DNA of 54,788 nucleotides, taken from an uncultured Candidatus Saccharibacteria bacterium. Lineage in GTDB: Bacteria > Patescibacteriota > Minisyncoccia > Phycocordibacterales > SBAW01. Below, in pieces: positions 45,141 to 54,788 of this stretch. The stretch spans positions 1 through 54,788 of the forward strand of contig CAYHDT010000007.1 in NCBI GenBank assembly GCA_964355655.1, written 5' to 3'. Both the position numbers and the translations under genes were made by a program. The stretch's first letter is position 1. The number at the start of each line of letters is the position of its first letter. The notes beneath the pieces are model-generated. The model worked only from the letters and a program-made list of their open reading frames with translations, was not told where the DNA came from and ran no database searches.

Positions 45141-47360
45141 CTACTCAAAATGCATTGCCGCCGTCCGGGAGGCAACCGCTTGTGCAAGGAGCGGATGGCC
45201 GGAAAGCTGTTCGTCTTTTTTAATAAGCTCTAGCGCCTCTTCTCGTGCGGCTTCCACCAATTTTAAATTCTTCAGCGCTTCCATGCCGACGTCGGAGATG
45301 CCCCATTGTTTGCGGCCGGACAGCTCGCCGGGGCCGCGCTGCAATAGGTCGGCCTCCGCCAGCGCAAAGCCGTTTTTGGCGGTGACCAGGGCTTTAAGCC
45401 GCGCGGTTGTCGACTCTCCGCGGCTCTCGGGTACTACAAAGCAGTAGGCTTGGTGGTTAGAGCGTACGACGCGGCCGCGCAGCTGGTGGAGTTGGCTTAA
45501 GCCAAAGCGCTCCGCACCCTCTATCATAATCATCGTCGCGTTTGGCACGTTGACTCCGACCTCGACCACCGAGGTGGCAACTAAAATATCTATTTCGTGG
45601 TTTGAAAACCGCGCCATAACCGAATCCTTTTCCTTCGGCGTCATTTTGCTGTGCAGGATATCTATTTCGTACTCCGGAAATATATCTTTTTTCAGGCGCT
45701 TGGCTTCGGCTTTGACCGACTTTGCCTGCAAGGCAAACGCTTTGTCCGGGTCGGGCTCATCAATCCGCGGACAGATGACATAGGCCTGCCTTCCCGCTTG
45801 CAATTGCTCACGCATCTGTTCGTACGCGGCCTTGCGTTCGGCGGGGCGCACCACCTCGGTGATAATCTTTTTGCGCCCCGGCGGCATCTCATCAAGCAGA
45901 GTAAGGTCGAGGTCGCCATATATAGTGAGCGCGAGTGTGCGGGGTATGGGGGTGGCGGTCATGGAGAGCAGGTGAGGGAGTTGGATATCCTTTTTTGCCA
46001 GTTTGCGCCGCTGGCTAGTGCCAAAGCGGTGCTGCTCGTCTATCACTACCAGTGCTAAATGTTTAAATTGCACCGATTTTTCTATAAGGGCATGCGTGCC
46101 GATGAGTACCGGTATCTCGCCGTTTGCCACCCACTTTAAAAGTTGCGCGCGCGAGATGTTGGTAATCCCGCCGGAAACTTTAGAGGGAAATTTGTAGCAG
46201 CCCGAGCCGGTAATAAGCCCGATATTAATAGGAAAGCGTTCAAAAAATTGTATAAAAGATTCAAAATGCTGTTTGGCTAAAATCTCGGTCGGTGCCATGT
46301 ACGCGACCTGCAAAGTGCCGAAGCTTTGTCCCGCCGGACGCGTGTGCACCGCGGCATAAGCGGCTACGGCCGCCACGGCGGTTTTGCCGCTCCCGACATC
46401 GCCTTCGAGTAGTCGCGACATCGGGTGCCCGGCGCGCATGTCGCCAAGTATCGCTTCTATAGCCTTTTTTTGCGCCACGGTCGCCTCAAAGGGAAACTCG
46501 GCCATAAACTCGGCAATGTCGCCGTGCGTCACCTCTATCGAAAAACTTTTTTCTTTTGCCTGCAGCATCCGCTCGCGCTGGCGCTCGAGCTGTATCATAA
46601 AAACCTCCTCAAAGGCAAAGCGCTTGCGCGCGGCTTCGGCATTTTTTAATTCCTTAGGCTGGTGCGCCCACACCAAAGCGGTTTTAAGCGCCGGCAAACT
46701 GTACTTTTTGAGCATTGCGGGCGGTATCGGGTCCTCTGTTTCGATTTTTTGCTCGAATATTTTTTTGACTGCACTGCGGAACCATAGCGACGAGATGCCT
46801 CTGGATTCCGGATACACAGCAAAGAGGTCAGCTACGGCAGAAACAGCTTCTGAAAAAGTCCTCGGATCTCCTGTCTCGGCCAAGCCCCCAGAGGCCGGCA
46901 GGCCAGACTTTTCCATAACCTGTTTATGCTCCGCAAACAACCCCGCCTCGGTGGCGGAGATTTTTTGCAGCTGCGGGTTGGCCAAATACAATTTGTCCTC
47001 GCTCCCCGACACTTTGCCCACCGCACGCACGAGGCTGCCCTCGGCATACATTTTGGCTATATACGGCTGGTTGAACCACCGGAGCTTTATCCGGCCGCTC
47101 TGGTCGCGCAGATATCCCTCGCTCATGGGGATACGGGACTTCCACCCTTTCTTTGTCTCCATTTTTTCGAGCGTGCCCACCAGTGTGGCCTCCTGACCCG
47201 ACACCAGACCGCTTACCGCCGCCCCCTCGCCCCCGACCTCGTAGCGGGAGGGGAAGTGATAGAGCAGGTCGCGCACGGTCTTAATGCCGAGTTTATTGAG
47301 TGCTGATTTTTGTGTATCCGTGAGCCGGAAGTGTTCGGTAAGTAGGTTTGACAGAAGCAT
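45141..47360 (-). CDS. recG: ATP-dependent DNA helicase RecG
   Basis: GDVGSGKT, DEQHRFG, MTATPIPRTL, QLHQLRGRV. Confidence 0.98.
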   Translation of the reverse strand: MLLSNLLTEHFRLTDTQKSALNKLGIKTVRDLLYHFPSRYEVGGEGAAVSGLVSGQEATLVGTLEKMETKKGWKSRIPMSEGYLRDQSGRIKLRWFNQPYIAKMYAEGSLVRAVGKVSGSEDKLYLANPQLQKISATEAGLFAEHKQVMEKSGLPASGGLAETGDPRTFSEAVSAVADLFAVYPESRGISSLWFRSAVKKIFEQKIETEDPIPPAMLKKYSLPALKTALVWAHQPKELKNAEAARKRFAFEEVFMIQLERQRERMLQAKEKSFSIEVTHGDIAEFMAEFPFEATVAQKKAIEAILGDMRAGHPMSRLLEGDVGSGKTAVAAVAAYAAVHTRPAGQSFGTLQVAYMAPTEILAKQHFESFIQFFERFPINIGLITGSGCYKFPSKVSGGITNISRAQLLKWVANGEIPVLIGTHALIEKSVQFKHLALVVIDEQHRFGTSQRRKLAKKDIQLPHLLSMTATPIPRTLALTIYGDLDLTLLDEMPPGRKKIITEVVRPAERKAAYEQMREQLQAGRQAYVICPRIDEPDPDKAFALQAKSVKAEAKRLKKDIFPEYEIDILHSKMTPKEKDSVMARFSNHEIDILVATSVVEVGVNVPNATMIMIEGAERFGLSQLHQLRGRVVRSNHQAYCFVVPESRGESTTARLKALVTAKNGFALAEADLLQRGPGELSGRKQWGISDVGMEALKNLKLVEAAREEALELIKKDEQLSGHPLLAQAVASRTAAMHFE

Positions 47361-47406
47361 AGGCTGAGTATATCAATAGGGCAGAAGTCAGCACGGAGGA
47401 ATATCC

Positions 47407-47832
47407 ATGTTCGCAAAATTCGACTTTCGCGTAACCTCGGTGTCGATGATGGCGCTGTTTGTTGCGACGGTACTGTACGTGTTGGGAGTCAGCTACCTGG
47501 CCTCATCGGGCGGCATAGCCCGGTGCTACGTTTGGCTGGTCGGCTGGCTAGGCCCGACCGGGGCGTTCTGGACAATCGTGGTTAACCGCGCGCTCGAAAC
47601 CCTGCTTTTTGTGGTGATGCCGTTCCGCTCGCATTTGCGCGAGAGGGCAGTGCTCATCCATATCACGCTTAGCGTAAGCTTCTGCGGCTCGGTGGCTCCA
47701 TGGATTCTGTGGGGGCTCAGCCAGGGGGCTCTCGTGGTATTGGCGATTGCTTATGGATGCGCTTACGCCATCTATTGGATGCTCATTTGGAACGATGACT
47801 CCAAGCCAGTTGAAGTTCCGAAATCCGCTTAA
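47407..47832 (+). CDS. Hypothetical membrane protein
   Basis: GGAGG SD; about four hydrophobic segments. Confidence 0.65.
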   Translation: MFAKFDFRVTSVSMMALFVATVLYVLGVSYLASSGGIARCYVWLVGWLGPTGAFWTIVVNRALETLLFVVMPFRSHLRERAVLIHITLSVSFCGSVAPWILWGLSQGALVVLAIAYGCAYAIYWMLIWNDDSKPVEVPKSA

Positions 47833-47881
47833 GTAAGGCGGATTTTTTCTTTATCTACCCTGCGGGTGTATACTTTGCCGC

Positions 47882-49051
47882 ATGGCTAAAAATGACATAA
47901 ACAAAGCGGCAATCACTCTCCACAAAAAGCTCGGGGGGAAGATCCGGATACAGAGCGTTATGAAGGTCAAGAGCCGCGCGGACCTCTCTCTTGTATATAC
48001 GCCTGGGGTGGCGGCGGTTTCTTCTCTATTGCACAAAAACAGCAAGCTCGCGCGCGACTACACGGTTAAGGGCAAAATGATAGCGGTTATCTCTGACGGC
48101 TCCGCCGTGCTGGGGCTCGGCAACATTGGCCCTTACGGGGCGCTGCCGGTGATGGAGGGGAAGTGCGCGCTGTTTAAGACCTTTGCAGACGTAGACGCGT
48201 TTCCTATTGTGCTCGACACTACTTCGCCAAGGCTTCGAAGTGCAAGTACGCAAGAACAAATGGATTTTATCGTTGAAACCATTTGTGCGATTGCGCCGGT
48301 GTTCGGCGGCATCAACCTCGAGGACATTGCCGCGCCCAAGTGCTTTTATATAGAAGAGGAACTCAAAAAGCGTCTCGACATCCCCGTGATGCACGACGAC
48401 CAGCACGGCACGGCAGTGGTCATACTCGCGGCACTCATTAATTCGGCAAAGGTAGTTAAGAAAGATTTTAAAAAATTAAAGGTAGTGGTGTCGGGCGCGG
48501 GCGCGGCGGGTGCAGCCTCGGCCCGCCTGCTGCTGAAGGCCGGTATTAAGGATGTCGTACTGCTTGACCGCAAAGGCATCATCAATACGGCGCGCCCCGA
48601 GCCGCACAAGCGCTCGCTCGCCCGACTTACCAATCCGCGCAAAGTTAAAGGCGCTCTGCAAGAAGCTCTTTTTGGCGCGGACGTGTTGCTCGGCGTCTCC
48701 GGCCCGGGGCTCGCGGCAGCCGCCGATATCCGCCTCATGGCGCCGCGCGCGATTGTATTTGGCATGGCCAACCCGACTCCGGAAATAACTCCGGAGGAGG
48801 CTAAAAAAGGAGGAGCGATGGTCGTAGGCACCGGCCGGAGCGACTACCCCAACCAAATCAACAACTCGCTCGCGTTCCCCGGCATCTTTCGCGGGGCGCT
48901 CGACAACCGCGTCGGGCAAATTACCGATGAAATGAAGATTAAAGCCGCAAAAAACCTTGCCGCGCTGGTTAAGCGGCCCACGGCCGAAAGGGTCGTGCCC
49001 GGACCATTTGATAAGGGTGTTTGTGAAGCGGTGGCCAAGGCTATCCGGTAG
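47882..49051 (+). CDS. NAD(P)-dependent malic enzyme
   Basis: YTPGVA, LPVMEGK, INLEDI, HDDQHGT, GRSDYPNQINN. Confidence 0.96.
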   Translation: MAKNDINKAAITLHKKLGGKIRIQSVMKVKSRADLSLVYTPGVAAVSSLLHKNSKLARDYTVKGKMIAVISDGSAVLGLGNIGPYGALPVMEGKCALFKTFADVDAFPIVLDTTSPRLRSASTQEQMDFIVETICAIAPVFGGINLEDIAAPKCFYIEEELKKRLDIPVMHDDQHGTAVVILAALINSAKVVKKDFKKLKVVVSGAGAAGAASARLLLKAGIKDVVLLDRKGIINTARPEPHKRSLARLTNPRKVKGALQEALFGADVLLGVSGPGLAAAADIRLMAPRAIVFGMANPTPEITPEEAKKGGAMVVGTGRSDYPNQINNSLAFPGIFRGALDNRVGQITDEMKIKAAKNLAALVKRPTAERVVPGPFDKGVCEAVAKAIR

Positions 49052-49102
49052 CGGCTGCGTTGCGGCGCCCCTGAAAGAAGGGCATAGTAGAAACGTCTGC
49101 AT

Positions 49103-49636
49103 ATGAGGAAGCTCCAAAAAGACTTCGAAGCGGCCTTTGAGGCCTACAACGACGAATTGTTCAGGCATGCGAGCATGCGGTTGCGCGACCGCGACCGCGC
49201 GCTTGAGATAGTGCAGGAATGCTTTTTGAAGGTGTGGGCCTATGCCCAAAAGGGCGAGGAGATACGCGAACTGCGGCCGTTCCTCTATCGGACGCTACGG
49301 CATCTTATTATCGACGAGTACCGCCGCAAAAAATCCGTGTCGCTGGAGGCTATCGCCGAGGGGTACGAGGATATGAGCGTCGAAGCGCTGCTGCCGCCGG
49401 ACGAGACCAACACGTTCGAGGCGGCGATAGAGCGCTTTGACGGGAAGCGCGCTCTCCAGTGCCTTCAGGAGTTGCCCGATGCTTACCGCGAAGCCGTAGC
49501 GTTGCGCTATGTCGAGGGTTTAAGTCCGAAGGAAATAGGCGACATCGTCGGCGAAACAGAAAATACCGTAAGCGTGCGCATCCACCGCGGACTGCGTAAA
49601 CTGAAAGAAATCCTCGAGGGAGAACAAATAGCATGA
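49103..49636 (+). CDS. ECF sigma factor
   Basis: EIVQECFLKVW region 2; EGLSPKEI..VSVRIHRG region 4. Confidence 0.92.
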   Translation: MRKLQKDFEAAFEAYNDELFRHASMRLRDRDRALEIVQECFLKVWAYAQKGEEIRELRPFLYRTLRHLIIDEYRRKKSVSLEAIAEGYEDMSVEALLPPDETNTFEAAIERFDGKRALQCLQELPDAYREAVALRYVEGLSPKEIGDIVGETENTVSVRIHRGLRKLKEILEGEQIA

Positions 49637-50406
49637 AAAAATTTCTTCACAATATAAAACAGGAGGCAGGGCACATCCGCATGAGTGTTGCGGAAAAGGT
49701 CGCCATGAAGGCCGCTGTTTTCGGCGCGGTTTCTTCTGTGCCTGTGCAATCCAGTCCGTACGTTTTTGCCTCTCTCTTTTCTTACAACATGCGCATGAGT
49801 CTCGCCGGGCTATTACTTTTTGTGCTCGCAGGCAGCGGCACCGTGTCGGCCGCGCAAGGCGCCTTGCCGGGCGATATACTTTATCCGATCAAACTAGCGG
49901 TAAACGAAAAAGTGGAGGTCGCCCTTGCGTCGAATGCGTCCGCCAAGGCCGAGGTCCAGGTGCGCTTGGCCGGCCGCCGCGTCGAGGAGGCGCAGACGCT
50001 TGCCGCGCAGGGCCGGCTTGACGAAAAGACCGCCAACCTTCTTACTGACGATTTTAACGAACACGCCTCTCTCGCGCTCGCCGAGTCGGAGACGGAAGAC
50101 TCTTCCGCAGATGTGGAGATAACCTTGTCCGCAAAAGAGCCGCAAACTCCCGCCTCTGCGAGGACCGTGATGATGACGACTCTCTCGGTCAATGTGCCCG
50201 AGCCTGCCCAGTCGACTACCACGCAAAAGCAGGAGAAGTTCCACAATGAAAAAACTGCCGGACAGCGCGGTGCGCTCCGAGAATCGCTGCGCGAAAAAGA
50301 AGAGATTCTTAAGGAACTCAAAACCCGCTCGCAGCGGCAGGAGATCAGAGACGGCGAGGGGGAAGAAAGGGATACTATAAAAGTCGAACTACAATTCGGC
50401 CGCTAA
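49633..50406 (+). CDS. DUF5667-type membrane protein, probable anti-sigma partner
   Basis: ATGA overlap with the sigma gene; TM then ALPGDILYPIK..RRVEEA. Confidence 0.75.
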   Translation: MKKFLHNIKQEAGHIRMSVAEKVAMKAAVFGAVSSVPVQSSPYVFASLFSYNMRMSLAGLLLFVLAGSGTVSAAQGALPGDILYPIKLAVNEKVEVALASNASAKAEVQVRLAGRRVEEAQTLAAQGRLDEKTANLLTDDFNEHASLALAESETEDSSADVEITLSAKEPQTPASARTVMMTTLSVNVPEPAQSTTTQKQEKFHNEKTAGQRGALRESLREKEEILKELKTRSQRQEIRDGEGEERDTIKVELQFGR

Positions 50407-50498
50407 TTTTTTAATCCGCGATGCGTTCGGGTTAAGTGCCCTATGTATCAATCAATGTAAAGGTTTTTGAGCGATTCGAATACCTGCGAGAATTGCAT

Positions 50499-50527
50499 TT
50501 GACTCTATACCCCCTAGGGGGTATACT
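50499..50527 (+). promoter_or_regulatory. csoR promoter with CsoR-type operator
   Basis: TTGACT-17bp-TATACT enclosing the perfect palindrome TATACCCCCTAGGGGGTATA (50506-50525). Confidence 0.88.
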
Positions 50528-50534
50528 ACTCTGT

Positions 50535-50810
50535 ATGAAATATATGGATGATAAAAATAAGGCAAAGGTTGTTCGTCGTCTCAAATTACTTGAAGGACAA
50601 GTACGAGGTCTTCAAAAGATGGTCGAGAATGATACCTATTGCATCGATGTAATTACTCAAACCTCGGCGGTTAAGCAGGGCCTTTCAAATGTTGAAGACT
50701 TGCTTCTTGAAAACCACCTTGATCACTGCGTCCATCATCAGATGAAAACCGGGCAGACCGCTAAGGCGAAAGCGGAGATTATCAAAGTGTATAAGCTCAA
50801 GAGAAAATAA
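50535..50810 (+). CDS. csoR: CsoR/RcnR metal-sensing repressor
   Basis: [26 protein letters not shown]. Confidence 0.92.
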   Translation: MKYMDDKNKAKVVRRLKLLEGQVRGLQKMVENDTYCIDVITQTSAVKQGLSNVEDLLLENHLDHCVHHQMKTGQTAKAKAEIIKVYKLKRK

Positions 50811-50811
50811 T

Positions 50812-53163
50812 ATGCACACACAAACCTACAGAGTAAAAGGGATGCATTGCGCTTCATGCTCCTCGGTTATCGAGAAGACTTTTACAAAGGTGGACGGTGT
50901 GCATTCTGCTGAAGTTAACTATGGTACAGAAAAAGCAAAAGTTTCTTTTGATCCATCAAAAACAAACCCCCACGACCTTTCAAAACGCATTGAACCGCTT
51001 GGATATTCCCTAGAAGTTCCAACAAGTGCAGAAGAGATGGGAATGTCTGAAAGTGAGCACCACAAGGGCACTTCCATTTTTCTAGGCTCAAATACGAGCG
51101 AGAAAAATTGGTCGCACGCGGCGCACTTAGGTCTTAATCAATCCACAAAAGAGAAGCTCGCGGAAGTGGCTGATATGCGAACGAAAGTGCTTTCTGCTAT
51201 CCCCATCGCAATTTTTGCGGCTCTTGTCATGGGCTCCGACATACTTGCCGAATACAGCATCGCTCCCGCGATGAGCTACACTCTCAAAGAATTTGTCCAC
51301 CACCTGCTTCCAATACTTGCCACCTATATTTTGTTTGTGGTTGGCAAGCCATATTTGCTTGGTTTTTATAGATTTCTACGCTACGGCAAGGCAAATATGG
51401 ACACCCTCATCGGCATTGGTACTACTGCCGCCTTTCTATACAGCTTTGCCGTAACCGCTTTTGAAGATGTTCTCCGTCCTTTTATCAACGTTGAATACCA
51501 ATACTACGATGTAACAATTGTGGTCATTACCTTTATCGCACTTGGCAAATATCTTGAGGCGCGATCAAAAATCAAAACCGGAGATGCCATTGAAAAACTT
51601 CTCAATCTTCAGGCAAAGACTGCGCTGGTAATTCGCGATGGGAAGGAAATAGAAATTTCTATAAACGACGTTACACATGGCGACCTAATTATTGTTAAAC
51701 CAGGTGCAAAGATTCCTGTGGACGGTGTCATAACCGAGGGCGGTTCTTTCGTTGATGAATCTATGGTTACAGGTGAGCCGATGCCTGCACAGAAAAAGAT
51801 TGGTGACAGCGTTGTTTCAGGAACACTTAACACAAGTGGCTCCTTTACGTTCAGGGCTACAAAGGTTGGGTCCGAGACGCTTCTCGCTCAAATTATAAAA
51901 ATGGTTGAGGATGCTCAGGGTAGTAAGGCCCCGATACAAGCCCTCGCAGATAAAATATCAGCAATCTTTGTGCCCATTGTTTTAGTAATCGCTTTTCTCA
52001 CCCTTGGTGCATGGCTCATTGTTGGGTCACAGTATCTAGGCTTCTCTCAAGCACTTTCATTTGGTCTCGTTTCGTTTGTTGGAATCCTCGTTATTGCATG
52101 TCCCTGCGCTCTCGGACTTGCTACACCGACTGCAATAATTGTCGGAGTCGGCAAAGGAGCTAAGGAAGGCATTCTCATTAAAGATGCGGCAACTCTGGAG
52201 AAGCTGCACAAAGTGAATACGATTGTTGTCGATAAGACAGGAACTATAACTAAAGGCAAGCCAGCACTTGTCGATATACAGAATCTCTCAAATCTAAAGG
52301 ATGATGAGTTGGTATCCATTCTCGCTTCGCTTGAGAAAAAATCAGAGCATCCAATTGCACATGCGATTGTAAACTATGCACAAGAAAAAAATATTACGAT
52401 ATCTGACATATCAGGTTTTGAGGGGATACAAGGCAAAGGTCTCAAGGGAACAATAAACGGCACTGAATACTTTGTAGGGAATGCAAGACTCGCAAGCGAC
52501 CTCAAGATCTCGTTCGACAGCACGAAGTTGGGTGAGTTTACCTCACAAGGTAAAACACCTATTATTCTTTCCACGAAAGATAAAGTTCTTGGCTTCGTGA
52601 TGGTAGCTGATGAGATAAAACAGGAGTCAAAGCAGGCTATTGCTGATCTTCATACGCTGGGCATCAAGGTTGTGATGCTCACCGGTGATGATGAAAAAGC
52701 TGCTAAATACATTGCGTCGCTTGTTGGCATTGATGATGTTGTGGCACACGTATTGCCACAGGACAAACTTGAGAAGATAAAAGCACTCCAGTCACAGGGC
52801 CGAATAGTTGCTATGGCAGGTGACGGCGTAAATGATGCTCCAGCACTCGCTCAAGCGGATGTGGGTATCGCTATGGGTACTGGGACAGACGTCGCCATCG
52901 AGTCAGCGGGAATCACTCTGCTTGGGGGTGATATTTCAAAGCTCGTTAAAGCTATTAAGCTTTCCAAGATTACCATGAGAGGTATTAAGCAGAATCTCTT
53001 TTGGGCCTTTATATATAACATTGTCGGAATCCCACTAGCGGCGGGAGCTTTGTACCCAGTCTTCGGATGGCTCTTGAACCCCGTGTTTGCAGGATTGGCG
53101 ATGGCGTTCTCGAGCGTCTCGGTGGTTTCAAACTCGCTGAGAATTAAAGCAATGAAATTATAA
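50812..53163 (+). CDS. copA: Copper-translocating P1B ATPase
   Basis: [37 protein letters not shown]. Confidence 0.96.
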   Translation: MHTQTYRVKGMHCASCSSVIEKTFTKVDGVHSAEVNYGTEKAKVSFDPSKTNPHDLSKRIEPLGYSLEVPTSAEEMGMSESEHHKGTSIFLGSNTSEKNWSHAAHLGLNQSTKEKLAEVADMRTKVLSAIPIAIFAALVMGSDILAEYSIAPAMSYTLKEFVHHLLPILATYILFVVGKPYLLGFYRFLRYGKANMDTLIGIGTTAAFLYSFAVTAFEDVLRPFINVEYQYYDVTIVVITFIALGKYLEARSKIKTGDAIEKLLNLQAKTALVIRDGKEIEISINDVTHGDLIIVKPGAKIPVDGVITEGGSFVDESMVTGEPMPAQKKIGDSVVSGTLNTSGSFTFRATKVGSETLLAQIIKMVEDAQGSKAPIQALADKISAIFVPIVLVIAFLTLGAWLIVGSQYLGFSQALSFGLVSFVGILVIACPCALGLATPTAIIVGVGKGAKEGILIKDAATLEKLHKVNTIVVDKTGTITKGKPALVDIQNLSNLKDDELVSILASLEKKSEHPIAHAIVNYAQEKNITISDISGFEGIQGKGLKGTINGTEYFVGNARLASDLKISFDSTKLGEFTSQGKTPIILSTKDKVLGFVMVADEIKQESKQAIADLHTLGIKVVMLTGDDEKAAKYIASLVGIDDVVAHVLPQDKLEKIKALQSQGRIVAMAGDGVNDAPALAQADVGIAMGTGTDVAIESAGITLLGGDISKLVKAIKLSKITMRGIKQNLFWAFIYNIVGIPLAAGALYPVFGWLLNPVFAGLAMAFSSVSVVSNSLRIKAMKL

Positions 53164-53165
53164 AT

Positions 53166-54173
53166 ATGAAAACATTACTATTCCACGTTTCTGGCACCCA
53201 TTGTCCGTCCTGCAAAATCTTCATTGAGGACACTTTAAATGCGCAAATCGGGATTGAGCAGACACAAGTTGATTTGAAACACGAAACTGTTTCGGTTGAA
53301 ACCACTCTTGATGAAAGTCAGCACAAACTCGCTGAGATACTGACTGAGAAAATAAAGCACAACGGCTACTCACTTTCAGTTGAGAAAAAAACTAAGGAGA
53401 AAAAAGACAATAGAGTTATTTGGCAGGCACTTCCCATCGGGCTCGCATTTCTTGCCCTGTTCTTTATTGTCCAGAAGTCAGGAATACTGAATTTTGGGTT
53501 AGGTGGGGCAGTAACACCAGCTACTAGTTTTATCATTGGCCTCGTTGCATCAGTTTCGAGCTGTCTTGCTGTTGTTGGTGGGCTTGTCCTTTCTCTTTCG
53601 GCAACAGTGTCTCAGGACAAGGTCAGCGATATAAAACCGATGATGCTTTTCCACGGGGGTCGCCTTATTAGTTTTGCCGTGCTCGGAGGAGTACTTGGCG
53701 CTATTGGAAGCGCGATTGGCATAAGTTTTACAGTCACGGCAATACTCGGAATTATTGCTTCAGTCGTGATGATTATACTCGGTCTTAATCTGGTGGGAGT
53801 TTTTGAGAAAAATGTGATTGCCCTGCCTTCAGGAGTTTTTAGCTTCTTTCGTAAGGTTGAGCACAAGACGATAGCCCCTTTCTTGGTTGGCGTTGGTACA
53901 TTTTTCCTGCCTTGTGGATTTACTCAGGCAATGCAGGTCGCGGCGCTTTCAAGCGGTTCATTCATCTCCGGACTCTTGATTATGGGGGCATTTGCACTTG
54001 GGACACTACCAATGCTCGGGCTTCTATCATTTGGTTCGGCTTCATTTGCTCAATCAAAACACGCTCCGCTCTTTTTTAAATCCGCAGGTGTTTTAGTGAT
54101 TGGTCTTGGAGCTTTTGCACTTCTTGCAGGACTTGCGGGGCTCGGTATTATCGATCCTTTATTTAACATATAA
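53166..54173 (+). CDS. HMA domain plus DsbD_2/TauE-like membrane protein
   Basis: HCPSC; SCLAVVGG; FLPCG; FALGT. Confidence 0.82.
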   Translation: MKTLLFHVSGTHCPSCKIFIEDTLNAQIGIEQTQVDLKHETVSVETTLDESQHKLAEILTEKIKHNGYSLSVEKKTKEKKDNRVIWQALPIGLAFLALFFIVQKSGILNFGLGGAVTPATSFIIGLVASVSSCLAVVGGLVLSLSATVSQDKVSDIKPMMLFHGGRLISFAVLGGVLGAIGSAIGISFTVTAILGIIASVVMIILGLNLVGVFEKNVIALPSGVFSFFRKVEHKTIAPFLVGVGTFFLPCGFTQAMQVAALSSGSFISGLLIMGAFALGTLPMLGLLSFGSASFAQSKHAPLFFKSAGVLVIGLGAFALLAGLAGLGIIDPLFNI

Positions 54174-54189
54174 TCTTGTCAGCTTGCCT

Positions 54190-54588
54190 ATGCAAAAAAA
54201 CACAATCATATCCCTTATCATCAGTGTCGCTCTTATTGGCGGGACTCTTTACTTTATTTCTGACAGGTCGGCATCTTCAGGTGGAGAGATTGCACAATCA
54301 CAGAATATCGAGATTAGAGACGGCGTGCAGTATGTGACCATAACCGCAAAAGGAGGATACTCCCCGCGCGTCACGGAAATCAAAGGAGGACTGCCCACCA
54401 AGTTGGTTGTGAAGACAGACGGCACGTATGATTGTTCGGCATCACTTGTAGTTCGTTCTGTTGGTTTCCAAAAAATATTGCAGCCAACAGGTGAAGAGGT
54501 TATAGATTTAGGCACTCCAAAATCTGGAGATAAAGTGCAGGGTGTGTGCGGAATGGGGATGTATAGCTTTCAGATAAAGGTTAGCTAG
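54190..54588 (+). CDS. Cupredoxin-like exported protein
   Basis: TM anchor; GGYSP; CGMGMY. Confidence 0.8.
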   Translation: MQKNTIISLIISVALIGGTLYFISDRSASSGGEIAQSQNIEIRDGVQYVTITAKGGYSPRVTEIKGGLPTKLVVKTDGTYDCSASLVVRSVGFQKILQPTGEEVIDLGTPKSGDKVQGVCGMGMYSFQIKVS

Positions 54589-54634
54589 AATGACTAACAA
54601 AAATGGCGCCTAGCGGCGCTCATTTTTTGTCCTA

Positions 54635-54653
54635 GCGGAGAGGGAGGGATTCG
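54635..54653 (-). other. tRNA-Ser-like 3' fragment (att-like)
   Basis: CGAATCCCTCCCTCTCCGC on the minus strand. Confidence 0.65.
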
Positions 54654-54752
54654 GTCAGGCGTTCAAAAATTACCGTCGCAATTTTTGCCGCACGACCCTG
54701 CCTCGCTCCCACACGTACTCGTGTGGGGCCCGCTCCGGCTTTCGAATCCCTC
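54644..54752 (-). other. Conserved T-arm-like element, copy 2
   Basis: GAGGGATTCGAAAGCCGGAGCG..AGGCAGGGT..TGAC-CGAATCCCTC, closed by a 10-bp inverted repeat. Confidence 0.7.
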
Positions 54753-54788
54753 ATGCGACGTGCCCCCCCCGTCGCACCTCTCCGCAGT

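Noticed and set aside
54635-54788. Complete tRNA-Ser gene
   Set aside because: Only the 3' acceptor strand and half T-arm are clear; no D or anticodon arm before the window ends
1-54788. Alternative genetic code (UGA as Gly, as in Gracilibacteria)
   Set aside because: Conserved genes such as adk, infC, pyrB and the sigma factor end at TGA at expected lengths, and no conserved gene shows an internal TGA

Overview
Fragment of a Patescibacteria (CPR, Parcubacteria-like) chromosome. The lineage call is an inference from the absence of rpmD/L30 in the spc cluster, a tRNA-Ile(UAU), core genes without Shine-Dalgarno sites, and PaaX-like and DUF5667 genes. It carries tuf and the S10-spc ribosomal protein cluster through secY-adk-map, split by small inserted cassettes. 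It also carries ndk, a RAYT transposase, an MBL/beta-CASP nuclease, mazEF and infC-rpmI-rplT. Two tandem AT-richer islands sit at the 3' end of tmRNA (serine recombinase, OLD-type ATPase/TOPRIM, higBA, Cas2-like gene). These are followed by smpB, ftsH, pyrB/pyrD/pyrC, tRNA-Ile(UAU), recG, malic enzyme, an ECF sigma pair and a csoR-copA island beside a tRNA-Ser 3' fragment. The most unusual signals are non-coding. (1) An 84-100 bp element with 13-bp covarying terminal inverted repeats is inserted exactly in the start codons of rplC, secY and map, and rebuilds the start codon at its right end. (2) A PaaX/Cas2-like gene is bracketed by a 36-bp palindrome that also occurs alone elsewhere. (3) RAYT palindromes are embedded in-frame in their own gene, and other in-frame palindromic insertions occur in recG, malic enzyme and copA. 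(4) The recombinase C-terminus would be swapped on excision from tmRNA, and a conserved T-arm-like element flanks two islands that have no integrase in this window. All calls come from reading the sequence; no searches were run.
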